Below, piece after piece: positions 8,336 through 18,061 of a stretch of 64,000 nucleotides of DNA; the stretch's first letter is position 1; each line of letters starts with the position of its first letter. Source of the stretch: an uncultured Candidatus Saccharibacteria bacterium. Its GTDB lineage: Bacteria > Patescibacteriota > Minisyncoccia > 2-02-FULL-40-12. Under the pieces are notes generated by a model. The model worked only from the letters and a program-made list of their open reading frames with translations. It had not been told where the DNA came from and did not search any database. The position numbers and the translations under genes were made by a program. The stretch lies in assembly GCA_964368135.1 (NCBI GenBank), contig CAYIZI010000002.1, positions 16,241 to 80,240 on the forward strand, read 5' to 3'.

Positions 8336-8644
8336 TTATTTTCCAAGGTACTTCTTGATCTGACGCTGGAGTTCGTCTTTGACGCGGTTGATGGCAGTGC
8401 GCAGGTCTTTATTGGTATCAGTCGCCCGCAAGAGTTTTCCCGGCAATTTCAAATTCGCTTCGGCATACCAGACTATGCCTTTATGATGATGCCGCGATGG
8501 TTTGCCTATTTCCACCCTCGCCTCGACTGCTGTCGGGTCAACTTTTTTCAAAAACTTTTCTAAACTGCCAATTTTTTTCTCAACCCAAATAACCAATGCA
8601 TCATCTAACTTTATATTTGTCGGATTGATTTTTATGTGAAACAT
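8336..8644 (-). CDS. raiA: Ribosome hibernation factor (short HPF/RaiA)
   Basis: Size, the pattern HHHKG..AEANLKLPGKLLRA..DLRTAINRVKDELQRQIKKY, and position upstream of secA. Confidence 0.88.
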   Translation of the reverse strand: MFHIKINPTNIKLDDALVIWVEKKIGSLEKFLKKVDPTAVEARVEIGKPSRHHHKGIVWYAEANLKLPGKLLRATDTNKDLRTAINRVKDELQRQIKKYLGK

Positions 8645-8645
8645 A

Positions 8646-10370
8646 TTACTGAATTAATTCCTGAATCTTTGCTCTGGTTTTCGCACCCACATACCCGATT
8701 TGCGGAAAAATTCCATACTTTTGCTGAAATCTTATGACCGCGCTTCTGGTAAAAGGGCCAAAATAACCAGTCACCCGGGCTTCCGGATAAACACCCTGGC
8801 TGATTAAAAACTCCTGAAGCCAGCTTACATCATTCCCCCTTAAACCGACAAATAAGTCTCGGGGCAGGGAAGGCTGCATTGGCGGCTGGCTTATTTGCTG
8901 GCCCTGCAAACGAAGCAGCTCCTCCTGCAAACTTCTTATTTGATCTAAAATCACCTGAATTGATTGACCGGCTAAATTAAGCAGGGTCGGTGTTGGCACC
9001 GGAGTGACTATATTTTCCGGAACTTCAGAAACAATTTGAGCTTGAATAGTAAAAGCCGCAACCGGATCATTGTCAGTAAAATCAGATGTTTTTGATTGAT
9101 TAGCTGGAATTACAACCACTTTATAAACATCTGAACCAAAACCTTTAATAAAATTAACCCCGCTACCCCCGCTTAAACTCATAAAACCAATCTCTTTCTG
9201 ACCGTTAACATAAAAAACAATATAAGGAATTAAAAACTTTGAACCAGTCGGACCGCTGAAATATAGTTTTAAATTCCCTTCAAGGCCGATTGGGGTGGTA
9301 AACTCATACCACACCGGCTGCCAGTCTTTAACCGAATTTGAAAGAGATAAGTTACTGCCCAGCCCGGAAGTTGAACTGCTTTGAGTTGACGAAATCTTAA
9401 AGTCTTTAAGATGAGCAGTTTTATAGGCAAATTTCCCTGAAGCTACTGAACTGTCATTTAAAATATTAGCCATGGTCCAATTGGTAAATACGTCTGAAAA
9501 GATTTCACTAAAACCGTTTAATCTTAAAGTTTCATTTATAGATTCAATGCCGATTTTTGAACTTCTCAAAGAGTCAATTAGGATCTTATCGCCATAATGA
9601 TCGGCTAAATAGTAAGCGAAAAGAGTGATTACCCCGTAATCGGGTGATAAATTTTTCCATTCGGCCAAGGGCTCGGAAGGGCTTTGACTAAAAGCAAAAA
9701 CTCGCCGCCTTAAGTTTGAATTATTATAATCGTCGTCGTAACCAACGATCTTGATAGAATATTCGGAACGCAACTCATTTAACCAGGTGTCTTCAGTCGC
9801 CTTTCTTAAAAACTCCTTCTGGTTAAAACCTATTAGGTGCTGGAATTCGTGAGCCAAAAATATCTTAGCTTTTCCACCGACAACCGAATCAGCGCTTACA
9901 AAAAACATTTCTCTTTCATTGGAGTTCTGAACTTCTGTTTTTTTGTAAAGATGGCTGGTATCAAAATATCCGCCGGCTGGATCTTTAAGTTTGGTAAATA
10001 AAATTATAATTTTAGGGTCGTTGTCAATTCCAGGATTTGGCTCCAGGCCCCAGAATGCCCTTTCAATCGGATAAATTCGGTTATCAAATTCCTGGGCTAA
10101 TTCATCTAATTTTGTTAAAAATAAATTTCTTTCCGGCTCTGAAATTCCGGCCCAGTAGTCATCGGATACATATAAGTAAGCGGTGACTGAAATTTTCCTT
10201 AAAGTGGCGGAAACTTTATCTCGGCCAAGATACTCAAACTTAGGGTCGATATTAAACTGAACTGTTTGGCCAATGACATCAGCGGAAACGACATTAAAAA
10301 TCAAAAAATAAAAACTGGATAAAAAAACGAGCAGAAATAAAAAAAGTTTTACTTTATTAAAACTTCTCAT
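8646..10370 (-). CDS. Secreted zinc metallopeptidase (M30/M6-like) with C-terminal peptidoglycan-binding domain
   Basis: Signal peptide, LAHEFQH, WLNE and C-terminal GNDVSWLQEFL..TGYFGPFTRSAVIRFQ. Confidence 0.8.
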   Translation of the reverse strand: MRSFNKVKLFLFLLVFLSSFYFLIFNVVSADVIGQTVQFNIDPKFEYLGRDKVSATLRKISVTAYLYVSDDYWAGISEPERNLFLTKLDELAQEFDNRIYPIERAFWGLEPNPGIDNDPKIIILFTKLKDPAGGYFDTSHLYKKTEVQNSNEREMFFVSADSVVGGKAKIFLAHEFQHLIGFNQKEFLRKATEDTWLNELRSEYSIKIVGYDDDYNNSNLRRRVFAFSQSPSEPLAEWKNLSPDYGVITLFAYYLADHYGDKILIDSLRSSKIGIESINETLRLNGFSEIFSDVFTNWTMANILNDSSVASGKFAYKTAHLKDFKISSTQSSSTSGLGSNLSLSNSVKDWQPVWYEFTTPIGLEGNLKLYFSGPTGSKFLIPYIVFYVNGQKEIGFMSLSGGSGVNFIKGFGSDVYKVVVIPANQSKTSDFTDNDPVAAFTIQAQIVSEVPENIVTPVPTPTLLNLAGQSIQVILDQIRSLQEELLRLQGQQISQPPMQPSLPRDLFVGLRGNDVSWLQEFLISQGVYPEARVTGYFGPFTRSAVIRFQQKYGIFPQIGYVGAKTRAKIQELIQ

Positions 10371-10396
10371 AAATAAATCATAGCAGATTTTTCAAA

Positions 10397-12643
10397 TCAG
10401 CGAAGTGAGTTTATGAAATCCTGGGCTTCTTTGGTGTAGTTCGGGTCAATTTTTGCCGCCATTTGAGCGGCTTGAATGGCCTTACTTATCTCCCCTGTTT
10501 CTTTATAGGCCACTGCTAAAGAAGCAAAGTATTGAGGATTTTTTGGATTAAGTTTGACTAAAGCCTCATAAATTTCGGCGACTTTTTGGAAATTTCGCAT
10601 TCTCAAATAAATTTCGGCCACTCTCAAAGCATCTACTTCATTACTTTTATACTCGTAGCCGGACTTCTCAATGATCTCAGCGCCTTTCTGAAGATCGCCA
10701 GCCTGGGCGGTGGTAATGCCAAGATACCAGTGAGAAAGCTTGACCTCTGGATTTAACTCAACCACTTTTTCAAACCATTCAATCGCTGTTTTGTAGTCTT
10801 TTTTATTAAGGTAAACCTGAGCAACTTCATAATAAGTTCGGACAAAGGTTGGTGAAATTTCAAGAGCTTTAAGGCTGTTTTCTAAAGCCAGGTCATTAAA
10901 AGAAGAATTGGGGTCATTTTTGCCAAGGACAATGTAAGCCCGGCTGATATAAAGGTAAGGCAGATAATCCTGTGGTGATTCTTCAACATTTTTTTGGACA
11001 TTTTGGACGGCCACTAATAATCTTTCTGCTGTTTTTTGATCCACGCCAGTTTTTGAGGTAAGTTCCAGAATGTATTGGGCATAGCGGTGGCGGATTTCAT
11101 ACTTTCCAAAAGTGTCGTAGCTCATTGCTTTTTTGAATTTTTCAAAAGCCAAATCATGGTTGCCGCTCCAGGAAGCGATAATTGCTCTGGTGGTAGCATA
11201 GTTGGCTTTGGCTGGCACGACTTCAAAGAAATAAATTGAGAAAACTGCGATAATGACCAAGACCATGCCTGCGAAATTAGCCATTAAGTCTCTTTTTGGC
11301 TGAAGATTTTGAAGCTGCTGGTTTAAACTTTCTACCCTTAGCTGATTAATTAATCCAAGGATGATGAAAAACATTATAAAGTTGGCCGAGGTATCAAAAA
11401 TAAAGGAATTGTGAATCATATAGGCGACCAAGGTGGCAATCAAGCCGGCCTTTAATATTTTTTCTTCAGGATTTGAGTTCAGCCGTCTTAAATCTTGAAA
11501 GGCCCGATAGTAAATCAAAAGATAAGATAAAAAGCCGACCAAGCCCATAGTGAAAAGAACTTCAAGAAATTGATTGTGAGCCCGGTCAAATAAAGTTTCA
11601 GAACCTATTCCCCTAAAGAACTTGGGATTAAAGTGTTTTGAAAAAGGAATATTAAACATTTCCGGGCCCCAGCCCAAAAATATGGTTTTTAATGAATCGT
11701 TCCAGCCATTAAAACCAGCCTGCCAAGCCCAGGCTCGGGTCTGAACCGTATAGGCCGTAGGTGAAATGTCTGAATAGCGGGCCAAGTATTGATTCTCTCT
11801 CACAAAATCAGCCTTGCGCAGAGAGTACAAAGTTCCGGCAACAATAATAACCAGGATTGAAAAATAGATGGTATATCTTTTAACTTTAGGCGACCCAAAA
11901 CCAGCCGAGTATAAAAAACCAAATAAGATTACGCCGACAACCACGCCAAGCACCGAACCCCTGACTCCGGTCAGTAAAATCGCCAAAGCATCTATCAGAA
12001 AAACTGAACCGTAGAAAAATTTTTGGTTGTAAGAATTGCCGGGCTTAAAAAAGAGCATCAAAGCCAAAAAGGCATTAATTATAATGTAACCGGCAAAAAG
12101 AGCCGGGTTGCCAATGGTCCCGAAAATTTTTGCCCGGCCGCCAGAACCAATCACCCAGCTTAAATCAGTTTTTTGCAAAAACCCGTAAAAGGCCGAAAGC
12201 AAACTGACAAATAAAGATAGTTTAATAAAAGTAAGCCATTCTTCTTTTTTCCTTAAAACTCCAGTGGCAATAGCGAAGAAACCCCAGAAGTGCAGAAAAC
12301 TCAACCAGCCGCCCATTCGCTCTAAACTGCCAAAAAAGCTCTGATAAGTATTGGTGCTGGTAAAAGTGACCAAACCAAAAGCGGCTGTGAAAATCGTTAT
12401 CGCCCAAAAAAGAGGCGTTCGGGGAGGCGTAAATCTATAACCGTATCTGATTAACAAAATTATGTAAAAAACCGCCAGAATCTCAACCAAGGAACGAAAA
12501 ACAATAATCTTGCCAAAGTGAAAGGGCGAGATATACTGACTGAAAATAATTAGAGGGATAAAAGCAACAAAATAAATTCCATATTTCAGGAATTTTAGCA
12601 GGGCCGGCACCGCTGTTCTGGTATTGCTTTTTTGGTTTGACAT
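10397..12643 (-). CDS. O-antigen ligase/O-oligosaccharyltransferase family protein with TPR tail
   Basis: Multiple TM helices, GTIGNP, TGVRG, GWGPE, DRAHN and C-terminal TPRs. Confidence 0.85.
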   Translation of the reverse strand: MSNQKSNTRTAVPALLKFLKYGIYFVAFIPLIIFSQYISPFHFGKIIVFRSLVEILAVFYIILLIRYGYRFTPPRTPLFWAITIFTAAFGLVTFTSTNTYQSFFGSLERMGGWLSFLHFWGFFAIATGVLRKKEEWLTFIKLSLFVSLLSAFYGFLQKTDLSWVIGSGGRAKIFGTIGNPALFAGYIIINAFLALMLFFKPGNSYNQKFFYGSVFLIDALAILLTGVRGSVLGVVVGVILFGFLYSAGFGSPKVKRYTIYFSILVIIVAGTLYSLRKADFVRENQYLARYSDISPTAYTVQTRAWAWQAGFNGWNDSLKTIFLGWGPEMFNIPFSKHFNPKFFRGIGSETLFDRAHNQFLEVLFTMGLVGFLSYLLIYYRAFQDLRRLNSNPEEKILKAGLIATLVAYMIHNSFIFDTSANFIMFFIILGLINQLRVESLNQQLQNLQPKRDLMANFAGMVLVIIAVFSIYFFEVVPAKANYATTRAIIASWSGNHDLAFEKFKKAMSYDTFGKYEIRHRYAQYILELTSKTGVDQKTAERLLVAVQNVQKNVEESPQDYLPYLYISRAYIVLGKNDPNSSFNDLALENSLKALEISPTFVRTYYEVAQVYLNKKDYKTAIEWFEKVVELNPEVKLSHWYLGITTAQAGDLQKGAEIIEKSGYEYKSNEVDALRVAEIYLRMRNFQKVAEIYEALVKLNPKNPQYFASLAVAYKETGEISKAIQAAQMAAKIDPNYTKEAQDFINSLR

Positions 12644-12676
12644 CAGTTATTTTCTATGCTAATTACAGGTTAATTT

Positions 12677-14044
12677 ATGAAACGACTGTCCTTATTTCTG
12701 GGCGATATTGCGGTACTTTACGCCTCTTTATACTTAACTTTACTGGTCCGTTACGGACTTGATTTTAGCTCTCAACTTCCCCTCCACTTACTCCCTTTTT
12801 CTTTAGTTTTTATTTTATGGATTCTGGTTTTCTATATCGCCAATCTTTATGAACTGAATTTCGCCAAAAATTCGCCCGAATTTTACTCTTCCTTATTTAA
12901 GTCAATTACTGTCTCGGCAATTATCTCGGTTCTATTCTTTTATTTGATGCCTTTTGTAATTGAAACGGTTCAAATCGAGCCGAGAAGAAATCTTTTAATT
13001 TACATCGCCGTCTTTACCGGTTTGGTCTCGTTGTGGCGCTATCTTTATAACCGACTATTAGGCAAAACCTTTAAAAATAATACTATAGTTGTCGGCTTCA
13101 ATCAAATTGCTTTTGATTTAGCCAAGTTTTTAAATAAAAATCCGCAATATGGCTACAATTTAAAATACGCCCTTGACGTTTCCGAACAGGCCGCTTTCTC
13201 TTTTGAAAATGTTGATTTCAGGCAAGTCCGCGGCGCTAAAGATATTGAAAAGATTTTGGAGACCAATCATATCAACACGATTATTTTAAGCCCCGAGGCC
13301 TATCGCCTGCCCGATATTATTGACGTTTTTTATAAAGCCAGCAAAAGAAACGTCCAGTTTACAAACCTGGCCAGTGCCTATGAAAGAATCCTGAAAAAAA
13401 TCCCGCTTGAATCGGTGAATCAGCTTTGGTTTTTAGAAAATATCTCCCGCGGAGAAAAAAGACTTTATGAATTTTTGAAACGAGCCCTTGATATGTTACT
13501 GGCTATAATCGGCCTTGCTGTTTTAATCGTCTTATTTCCATTTGTCGCCCTGGCCATAAAATGGGGAACCGAAGGACCTATATTCTATAAACAAATCAGA
13601 ATCGGCAAGGGAGGAAAAACTTTTGAGGTCATAAAGTTCAGAACAATGATTAAAGATTCAGAAAAGTACGGCCCGGTCTGGGCAACCAAAAAAGATCTCC
13701 GAGTCACAACGATTGGGGGCCTTTTAAGAAAGACCCGCTTAGACGAACTGCCGCAAGTAATCAATATCCTAAAAGGAGAAATGTCAGTGGTTGGTCCAAG
13801 AGCTGAAAGACCAGAATTTGTTCAGAAATTAAAAAAAGAAATTCCTTTTTATGAAGAAAGGCTTTTAACAAGGCCTGGGCTTACCGGCTGGGCCCAGATA
13901 AATTTCGGAAAAGATCTGGATTCATCAGATACCAAAGAAAAACTTCAATATGATTTGTATTACATCAAGAACCGCTCACTCACGATTGACTTGGCCGTAA
14001 TTTTAAAAACGATCAAGACGGTTCTCTCGGCCACAGGCTGGTAA
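12677..14044 (+). CDS. Polyprenyl glycosylphosphotransferase (WcaJ/WbaP-like initiating transferase)
   Basis: Motifs KFRTM, LDELPQ, GEMSVVGPRAER, PGLTGWAQ and DLYYI; N-terminal TMs. Confidence 0.93.
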   Translation: MKRLSLFLGDIAVLYASLYLTLLVRYGLDFSSQLPLHLLPFSLVFILWILVFYIANLYELNFAKNSPEFYSSLFKSITVSAIISVLFFYLMPFVIETVQIEPRRNLLIYIAVFTGLVSLWRYLYNRLLGKTFKNNTIVVGFNQIAFDLAKFLNKNPQYGYNLKYALDVSEQAAFSFENVDFRQVRGAKDIEKILETNHINTIILSPEAYRLPDIIDVFYKASKRNVQFTNLASAYERILKKIPLESVNQLWFLENISRGEKRLYEFLKRALDMLLAIIGLAVLIVLFPFVALAIKWGTEGPIFYKQIRIGKGGKTFEVIKFRTMIKDSEKYGPVWATKKDLRVTTIGGLLRKTRLDELPQVINILKGEMSVVGPRAERPEFVQKLKKEIPFYEERLLTRPGLTGWAQINFGKDLDSSDTKEKLQYDLYYIKNRSLTIDLAVILKTIKTVLSATGW

Positions 14045-14161
14045 AAAATTTTTTATAATAGCAAAAAAGTTATCAACATATTGCTTGAAAAGAAAAAATT
14101 CTTTATTTTTAAAATAGCACGAGCCTTCGCGCTCATTTTAGAAAGGAGTATCTAAAAAACA

Positions 14162-14326
14162 GTGGACAAAAATTCTAAAATTTCCGCGAAGCCAACAACT
14201 CAAGAAGAAATCATTCCACCACTCAAACAAACGAGGCCGAAAAGACCTCACCAGGATGACGAAGAAGAACCTGAAGCTTCTTCCCCTGCCCGCGGCAACA
14301 TCAGTCGCGATCCAATGGTTGAGTGA
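14162..14326 (+). CDS. Possible small SD-led protein (54 aa)
   Basis: GAAAGGAG at 14141-14148, GTG start, MDKNSKISAKPTTQEEIIPP...DPMVE*; the SD-to-start spacing (13 nt) is long. Confidence 0.35.
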   Translation: MDKNSKISAKPTTQEEIIPPLKQTRPKRPHQDDEEEPEASSPARGNISRDPMVE

Positions 14327-14353
14327 AAACGATTTCCGAATGAGATACGGGGC

Positions 14354-15382
14354 TTAAGCCAAGTCCCGTTTCTTTTTCCTAAGTTTTTCTCTTATCGGGA
14401 TTTCGGAATCAAGAACTGTTTTCACGGCATTGCCAAAAGCTAATTCCATCTCTCTAACTTCTCTGATAAGCTCGGCGAGCTCGTGCGGCTCAAGACTGGC
14501 GGCCTGGTCAGTGCCAAACATATTTTTATCCAAAGTAATATGCCGTTCGATTAAATGAGCGCCGATGGTAGCTGCAGCCAACGATGGCGCAATTCCTTTT
14601 TCATGGCCGCTATATCCTACCGGCATTCCGGGAAATTCCCGCCTTAACTTATCAATCATTTTCAGATTAAGCTCTTCTTCTTTGGCCGGGTAAGTTGAAA
14701 CAGTATGTAAAAGAATCAAATTATCAGTGCCTAAAATTCTGACTGCATGTTTAATTTCATCCATTGTGCTCATGCCGGTAGATAAAACAACTGGCCGACC
14801 CTTTTCTTTTATTTTTTCTAATAACTCATTATGGGTAAGAGAGGCGGAAGCAACTTTATAGCAAGGGAGGTTAAACCCTTCCAGAAAATCAACGCTCTCT
14901 AAATCCCAAGGCGAAGCAAACCAAAAGATTCCTTTAGTATTGCAGTAGCGGTCAATCTCTTTGTACTCGTCTTTTGTAAATTCCAAAGCCCACTTCAAAT
15001 CGCCGTTGGTTGAATCTTTAAAATCAGATTTTTTAAGACGCTCAACCGACTCTTTCGGTAGTACTCCCCTTTTGACGGCGTTTTCCAAAACCGCTCTGTC
15101 AACCTGCCGCGGCTTAGCCAATTCCTCGGCTGAATAAACCGCCGGTACCGTTCGTTTTTGAAACTTTACGGCCTGGGCTCCGGCTTCAACCGCCGCATCA
15201 ATCAGTTTCTTGGCAATCTCCAAACTGCCGTTATGATTTATCCCGATTTCAGCCACAAAAAAACAAGGCTGTTTTTTACCTACAGCAATATTGCCAATAT
15301 GGATATCGTGAGTATCTAAAGATGAATTACCAACTATAGTCCTGGCAAATCTTGCTATTGGAGAAAAAAATGCTTTAAACAT
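14354..15382 (-). CDS. neuB: N-acetylneuraminate/nonulosonate(-9-P) synthase, short form without SAF domain
   Basis: Motifs AEIGINHNG, AVKFQKR, LSTGMS, GYSGHE and IERHITLD..GTDQAASLEP. Confidence 0.93.
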   Translation of the reverse strand: MFKAFFSPIARFARTIVGNSSLDTHDIHIGNIAVGKKQPCFFVAEIGINHNGSLEIAKKLIDAAVEAGAQAVKFQKRTVPAVYSAEELAKPRQVDRAVLENAVKRGVLPKESVERLKKSDFKDSTNGDLKWALEFTKDEYKEIDRYCNTKGIFWFASPWDLESVDFLEGFNLPCYKVASASLTHNELLEKIKEKGRPVVLSTGMSTMDEIKHAVRILGTDNLILLHTVSTYPAKEEELNLKMIDKLRREFPGMPVGYSGHEKGIAPSLAAATIGAHLIERHITLDKNMFGTDQAASLEPHELAELIREVREMELAFGNAVKTVLDSEIPIREKLRKKKRDLA

Positions 15383-15457
15383 TGTAATGTAATTTTATCA
15401 TAGAATATTAATAATAACTGGTCAATTTTAGAAATTTGAGGTAGTATATTTAAGCTT

Positions 15458-16345
15458 ATGAAAGAAAATTTTAGAATTGGCTTCATCTGCATCGGTCCAG
15501 AAAGAAGTGGGACAACCTGGCTTTATCAATGTTTAAAGGAGCATCCTGAAATCTGCGTTTCCGAGCCAAAAGAAGTCAACTTTTTTAATTCCACTCAAAG
15601 TTTCTGGCGGAAAGATCTTATCGGCAAAAGCAATTACGAGAAAGGTTTGGATTGGTACAAAAAACATTTCAATCATTGTGGACCTGGCAAAAAAATTATC
15701 GGAGAATTTACCCCGATTTACCTACATTCTCCAGAGGTCCCGGAAAGAATCCACAAACATTTTCCGGATACGAGATTAATTTTAATTTTAAGAAATCCTA
15801 TTGAACGTCTTTACTCACACTATATGTACACCAAACTAAAAGGATTTTATGAATTGCCGTCTTTTGAAGAAGTTATTGAAAAAGAAAGAGGTTTTGTTGA
15901 AGAAAGCTTATACAATAAACATCTCCAAAATTATCTAAAGTACTTCCCGCGAGAACGTCTTTTGATAATGATTTATGAAGATATAGAAAAAAATCCCGGG
16001 GCTTTTGTTAAAGAAGTGTTTAGATTTTTAGAGATAGACGAAAACTTTGTACCGCCATCAGTAAATAAAACCATCAACCCAGCCGGAACAGTAATGGTAA
16101 GAAATAAAATCTTATCTATAAAAGATTTCGTTAAAAAAATCCCAGGCGGGAAACTTATAATTCAGCTTTTCAAAAAAACTTCTTTTTATAAAAAATTAGT
16201 TGATTCGTTAGCCACCAAAACCGGCACGGTCAAAGCCGACTACGGCAAAATCAACCCAGAAACAAAAAAACGGCTCGCCGAATTTTACAAAAAAGATATT
16301 GAAAACTTAGAAAAATTCCTTGGCCGAGATTTAAGTTGGAAATGA
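15458..16345 (+). CDS. PAPS-dependent sulfotransferase
   Basis: 5'PSB IGPERSGTTWL, KEVNFF and 3'PB LRNPIERLYSHY. Confidence 0.9.
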   Translation: MKENFRIGFICIGPERSGTTWLYQCLKEHPEICVSEPKEVNFFNSTQSFWRKDLIGKSNYEKGLDWYKKHFNHCGPGKKIIGEFTPIYLHSPEVPERIHKHFPDTRLILILRNPIERLYSHYMYTKLKGFYELPSFEEVIEKERGFVEESLYNKHLQNYLKYFPRERLLIMIYEDIEKNPGAFVKEVFRFLEIDENFVPPSVNKTINPAGTVMVRNKILSIKDFVKKIPGGKLIIQLFKKTSFYKKLVDSLATKTGTVKADYGKINPETKKRLAEFYKKDIENLEKFLGRDLSWK

Positions 16346-16357
16346 TATTCTAAAAGT

Positions 16358-16396
16358 TAAAAAAATAAAACGGGCTCGTCAAGCGACGAGCCCGTT
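16358..16396 (-). terminator. Intrinsic terminator of the cupin gene
   Basis: aacgggctcgtc-aagc-gacgagcccgtt 12-bp stem with a U-tract on the minus strand. Confidence 0.8.
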
Positions 16397-16407
16397 CGCA
16401 ACCAAGA

Positions 16408-16869
16408 TCAGGTTTTGACCTCGATCCCCTCCAGATACTCCAGCCGGACTTTGCCTTCCGGCAGAGCCACCTTCACCACCATCAGATGACAAAGGTCAGG
16501 AGTAAAGTGCTGATGGGCCTGGCCGGCCGGGATGTGCAGCCAGTCACCCTCGTAAAGAACTACCTCCTTGCCGCCTTCGATGCTGTTAGCAAGGAAAGTC
16601 AGACCGTCTTTTGTCCAGGGATCCACGAGTCGGCCGCCCAGAACAAAACGAACGCTCCCCTCCATACAGAAGAACACGTCGTCCTCGTGGAGATGGACTT
16701 CGGCCGGACGATGCTCCACGTGGAGATTCCGGAGGAATCGAACCGGAAATCCTTCCTCGTACAGCTTGGCCGACCCTTCCAGTACATGACTCCCCTTTTT
16801 CTCGGGTTCCCCGTAGAATTCCCTTACCACACGTCCAAACACATGTCTGACTGGCCTCAACTCGCTCAT
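16408..16869 (-). CDS. Cupin-fold protein (possibly YhcH/NanQ-like)
   Basis: AEVHLHEDDVFFCMEG and GDWLHIPAGQAHQH cupin motifs; AAGGAGG SD. Confidence 0.75.
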   Translation of the reverse strand: MSELRPVRHVFGRVVREFYGEPEKKGSHVLEGSAKLYEEGFPVRFLRNLHVEHRPAEVHLHEDDVFFCMEGSVRFVLGGRLVDPWTKDGLTFLANSIEGGKEVVLYEGDWLHIPAGQAHQHFTPDLCHLMVVKVALPEGKVRLEYLEGIEVKT

Positions 16870-16885
16870 TGCGTCCTCCTTGGAC

Positions 16886-17962
16886 CTAAACCGCCCTGAA
16901 TACGAAATAGAAAGCCTGGGCCTGTGTCAGTAGATTCTTTTCTTCTTCAATCAAAGTATCTACCAGTTCAGCTTCGGCCTCCTCAATGATCTTCATCTTC
17001 TGTACCAACGGTAAATCTACCGTCGCCAAGTTGATCGGAACGATAATCGGGTAGAAGTCAACCGACCTTACAAGGGACGGCTCTTCAACCACAACTGTCC
17101 TCTCAAGATCAAACCCGGCTTGGGTGGCTAAATCCGGCATCTCGCTGACCCTGAACATTTTCGCATCCTTTGGAGCATCTCTTTTGATTGAGTGCCTCTC
17201 CATAAGAATCCTGTTTAGAATCGAATTCAGCTTGACGAAAACAGGATTATTATTAGAGCCGGATTTATTGAAATGCTCTTCCCGAGAAGGGTCAGTTTCT
17301 AAGGCAGTCACCTGGCGCGGTTCCATCACAACCAGAACGCCGCCAGTCTGTAGAAGGCTCCTTGCCTTCGACAGCACCTTCACGATGCAGCCGTCGGTTT
17401 CGGGCTTAAGCCCATCTTCTTCAAGCTTCTTCTTGAGTTGGTTGATTGGCCAATGAAGGACATTGTTGGCCACAGCCACATCAAAAAGAGTATCTGAAGA
17501 AAAAGACATCAGGGGTGAAGTCATTATCCGCAGCTTCAACGACTCCCAGAAGCTGTTCTGGCGAAACCCCCGCCGGAAAAATTTTAGGTATTCGACGGTT
17601 CTTTCAAACCGACGGCCCAAAACTTCTTTGGCCCCTTTCTGAACCAGCCATTCCTCCACGTCACCGCCTTCCAGAAGCAAAAACCCCATCATTTCGGTCA
17701 TTGCCCTGGAATTATCAATGGCGGTTATTGAGGCCGGGCAAAACCCAGAAATGGCAAAAGTAGAGGTACCATAACCGCAGCCAATATCCAGAACATCCTT
17801 GCCTCTTAAGCCGCCACTGGCAGTTTCGGCCAGAAGGGCTGAATTCTGGGATTGACGCAGATATGAACCACGAACCCAGCCTTCGACAGAATAAATGGCT
17901 GGGAACAAACCCTCAAAAAGATCGCCCTTGGGGTCGTAAGCATGGATAGGTCCTTCACTCAT
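16886..17962 (-). CDS. Class I SAM-dependent methyltransferase
   Basis: Motifs VLDIGCGYG, AIDNS, FDVAVANNVLHW and LQTGGVLVVME. Confidence 0.85.
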   Translation of the reverse strand: MSEGPIHAYDPKGDLFEGLFPAIYSVEGWVRGSYLRQSQNSALLAETASGGLRGKDVLDIGCGYGTSTFAISGFCPASITAIDNSRAMTEMMGFLLLEGGDVEEWLVQKGAKEVLGRRFERTVEYLKFFRRGFRQNSFWESLKLRIMTSPLMSFSSDTLFDVAVANNVLHWPINQLKKKLEEDGLKPETDGCIVKVLSKARSLLQTGGVLVVMEPRQVTALETDPSREEHFNKSGSNNNPVFVKLNSILNRILMERHSIKRDAPKDAKMFRVSEMPDLATQAGFDLERTVVVEEPSLVRSVDFYPIIVPINLATVDLPLVQKMKIIEEAEAELVDTLIEEEKNLLTQAQAFYFVFRAV

Positions 17963-18032
17963 TTCTCACCTTCCTTGAAGTTGATTTTCAATTTTTAAAC
18001 AGGATTTAACGGACGATACCCTGGACTTCAAG

Positions 18033-18061
18033 ACTATAAAAGAATGAAGTACTTTTGTCAA
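18033..18061 (-). promoter_or_regulatory. Promoter of the methyltransferase-cupin pair (leadered)
   Basis: TTGACA-17-TATAGT about 70 nt upstream of ATG 17962; the -35 includes the TGA stop of the upstream hydrolase. Confidence 0.65.

Noticed and set aside
8131-8346. 71-aa ORF between raiA and secA (SecM-like leader?)
   Set aside because: No recognisable motif, it overlaps raiA, secA has its own promoter downstream, and the region is better explained by base-pairing.
14070-14078. DnaA-box-like 9-mer as oriC
   Set aside because: Single mismatched copy with no box cluster and no dnaA nearby.
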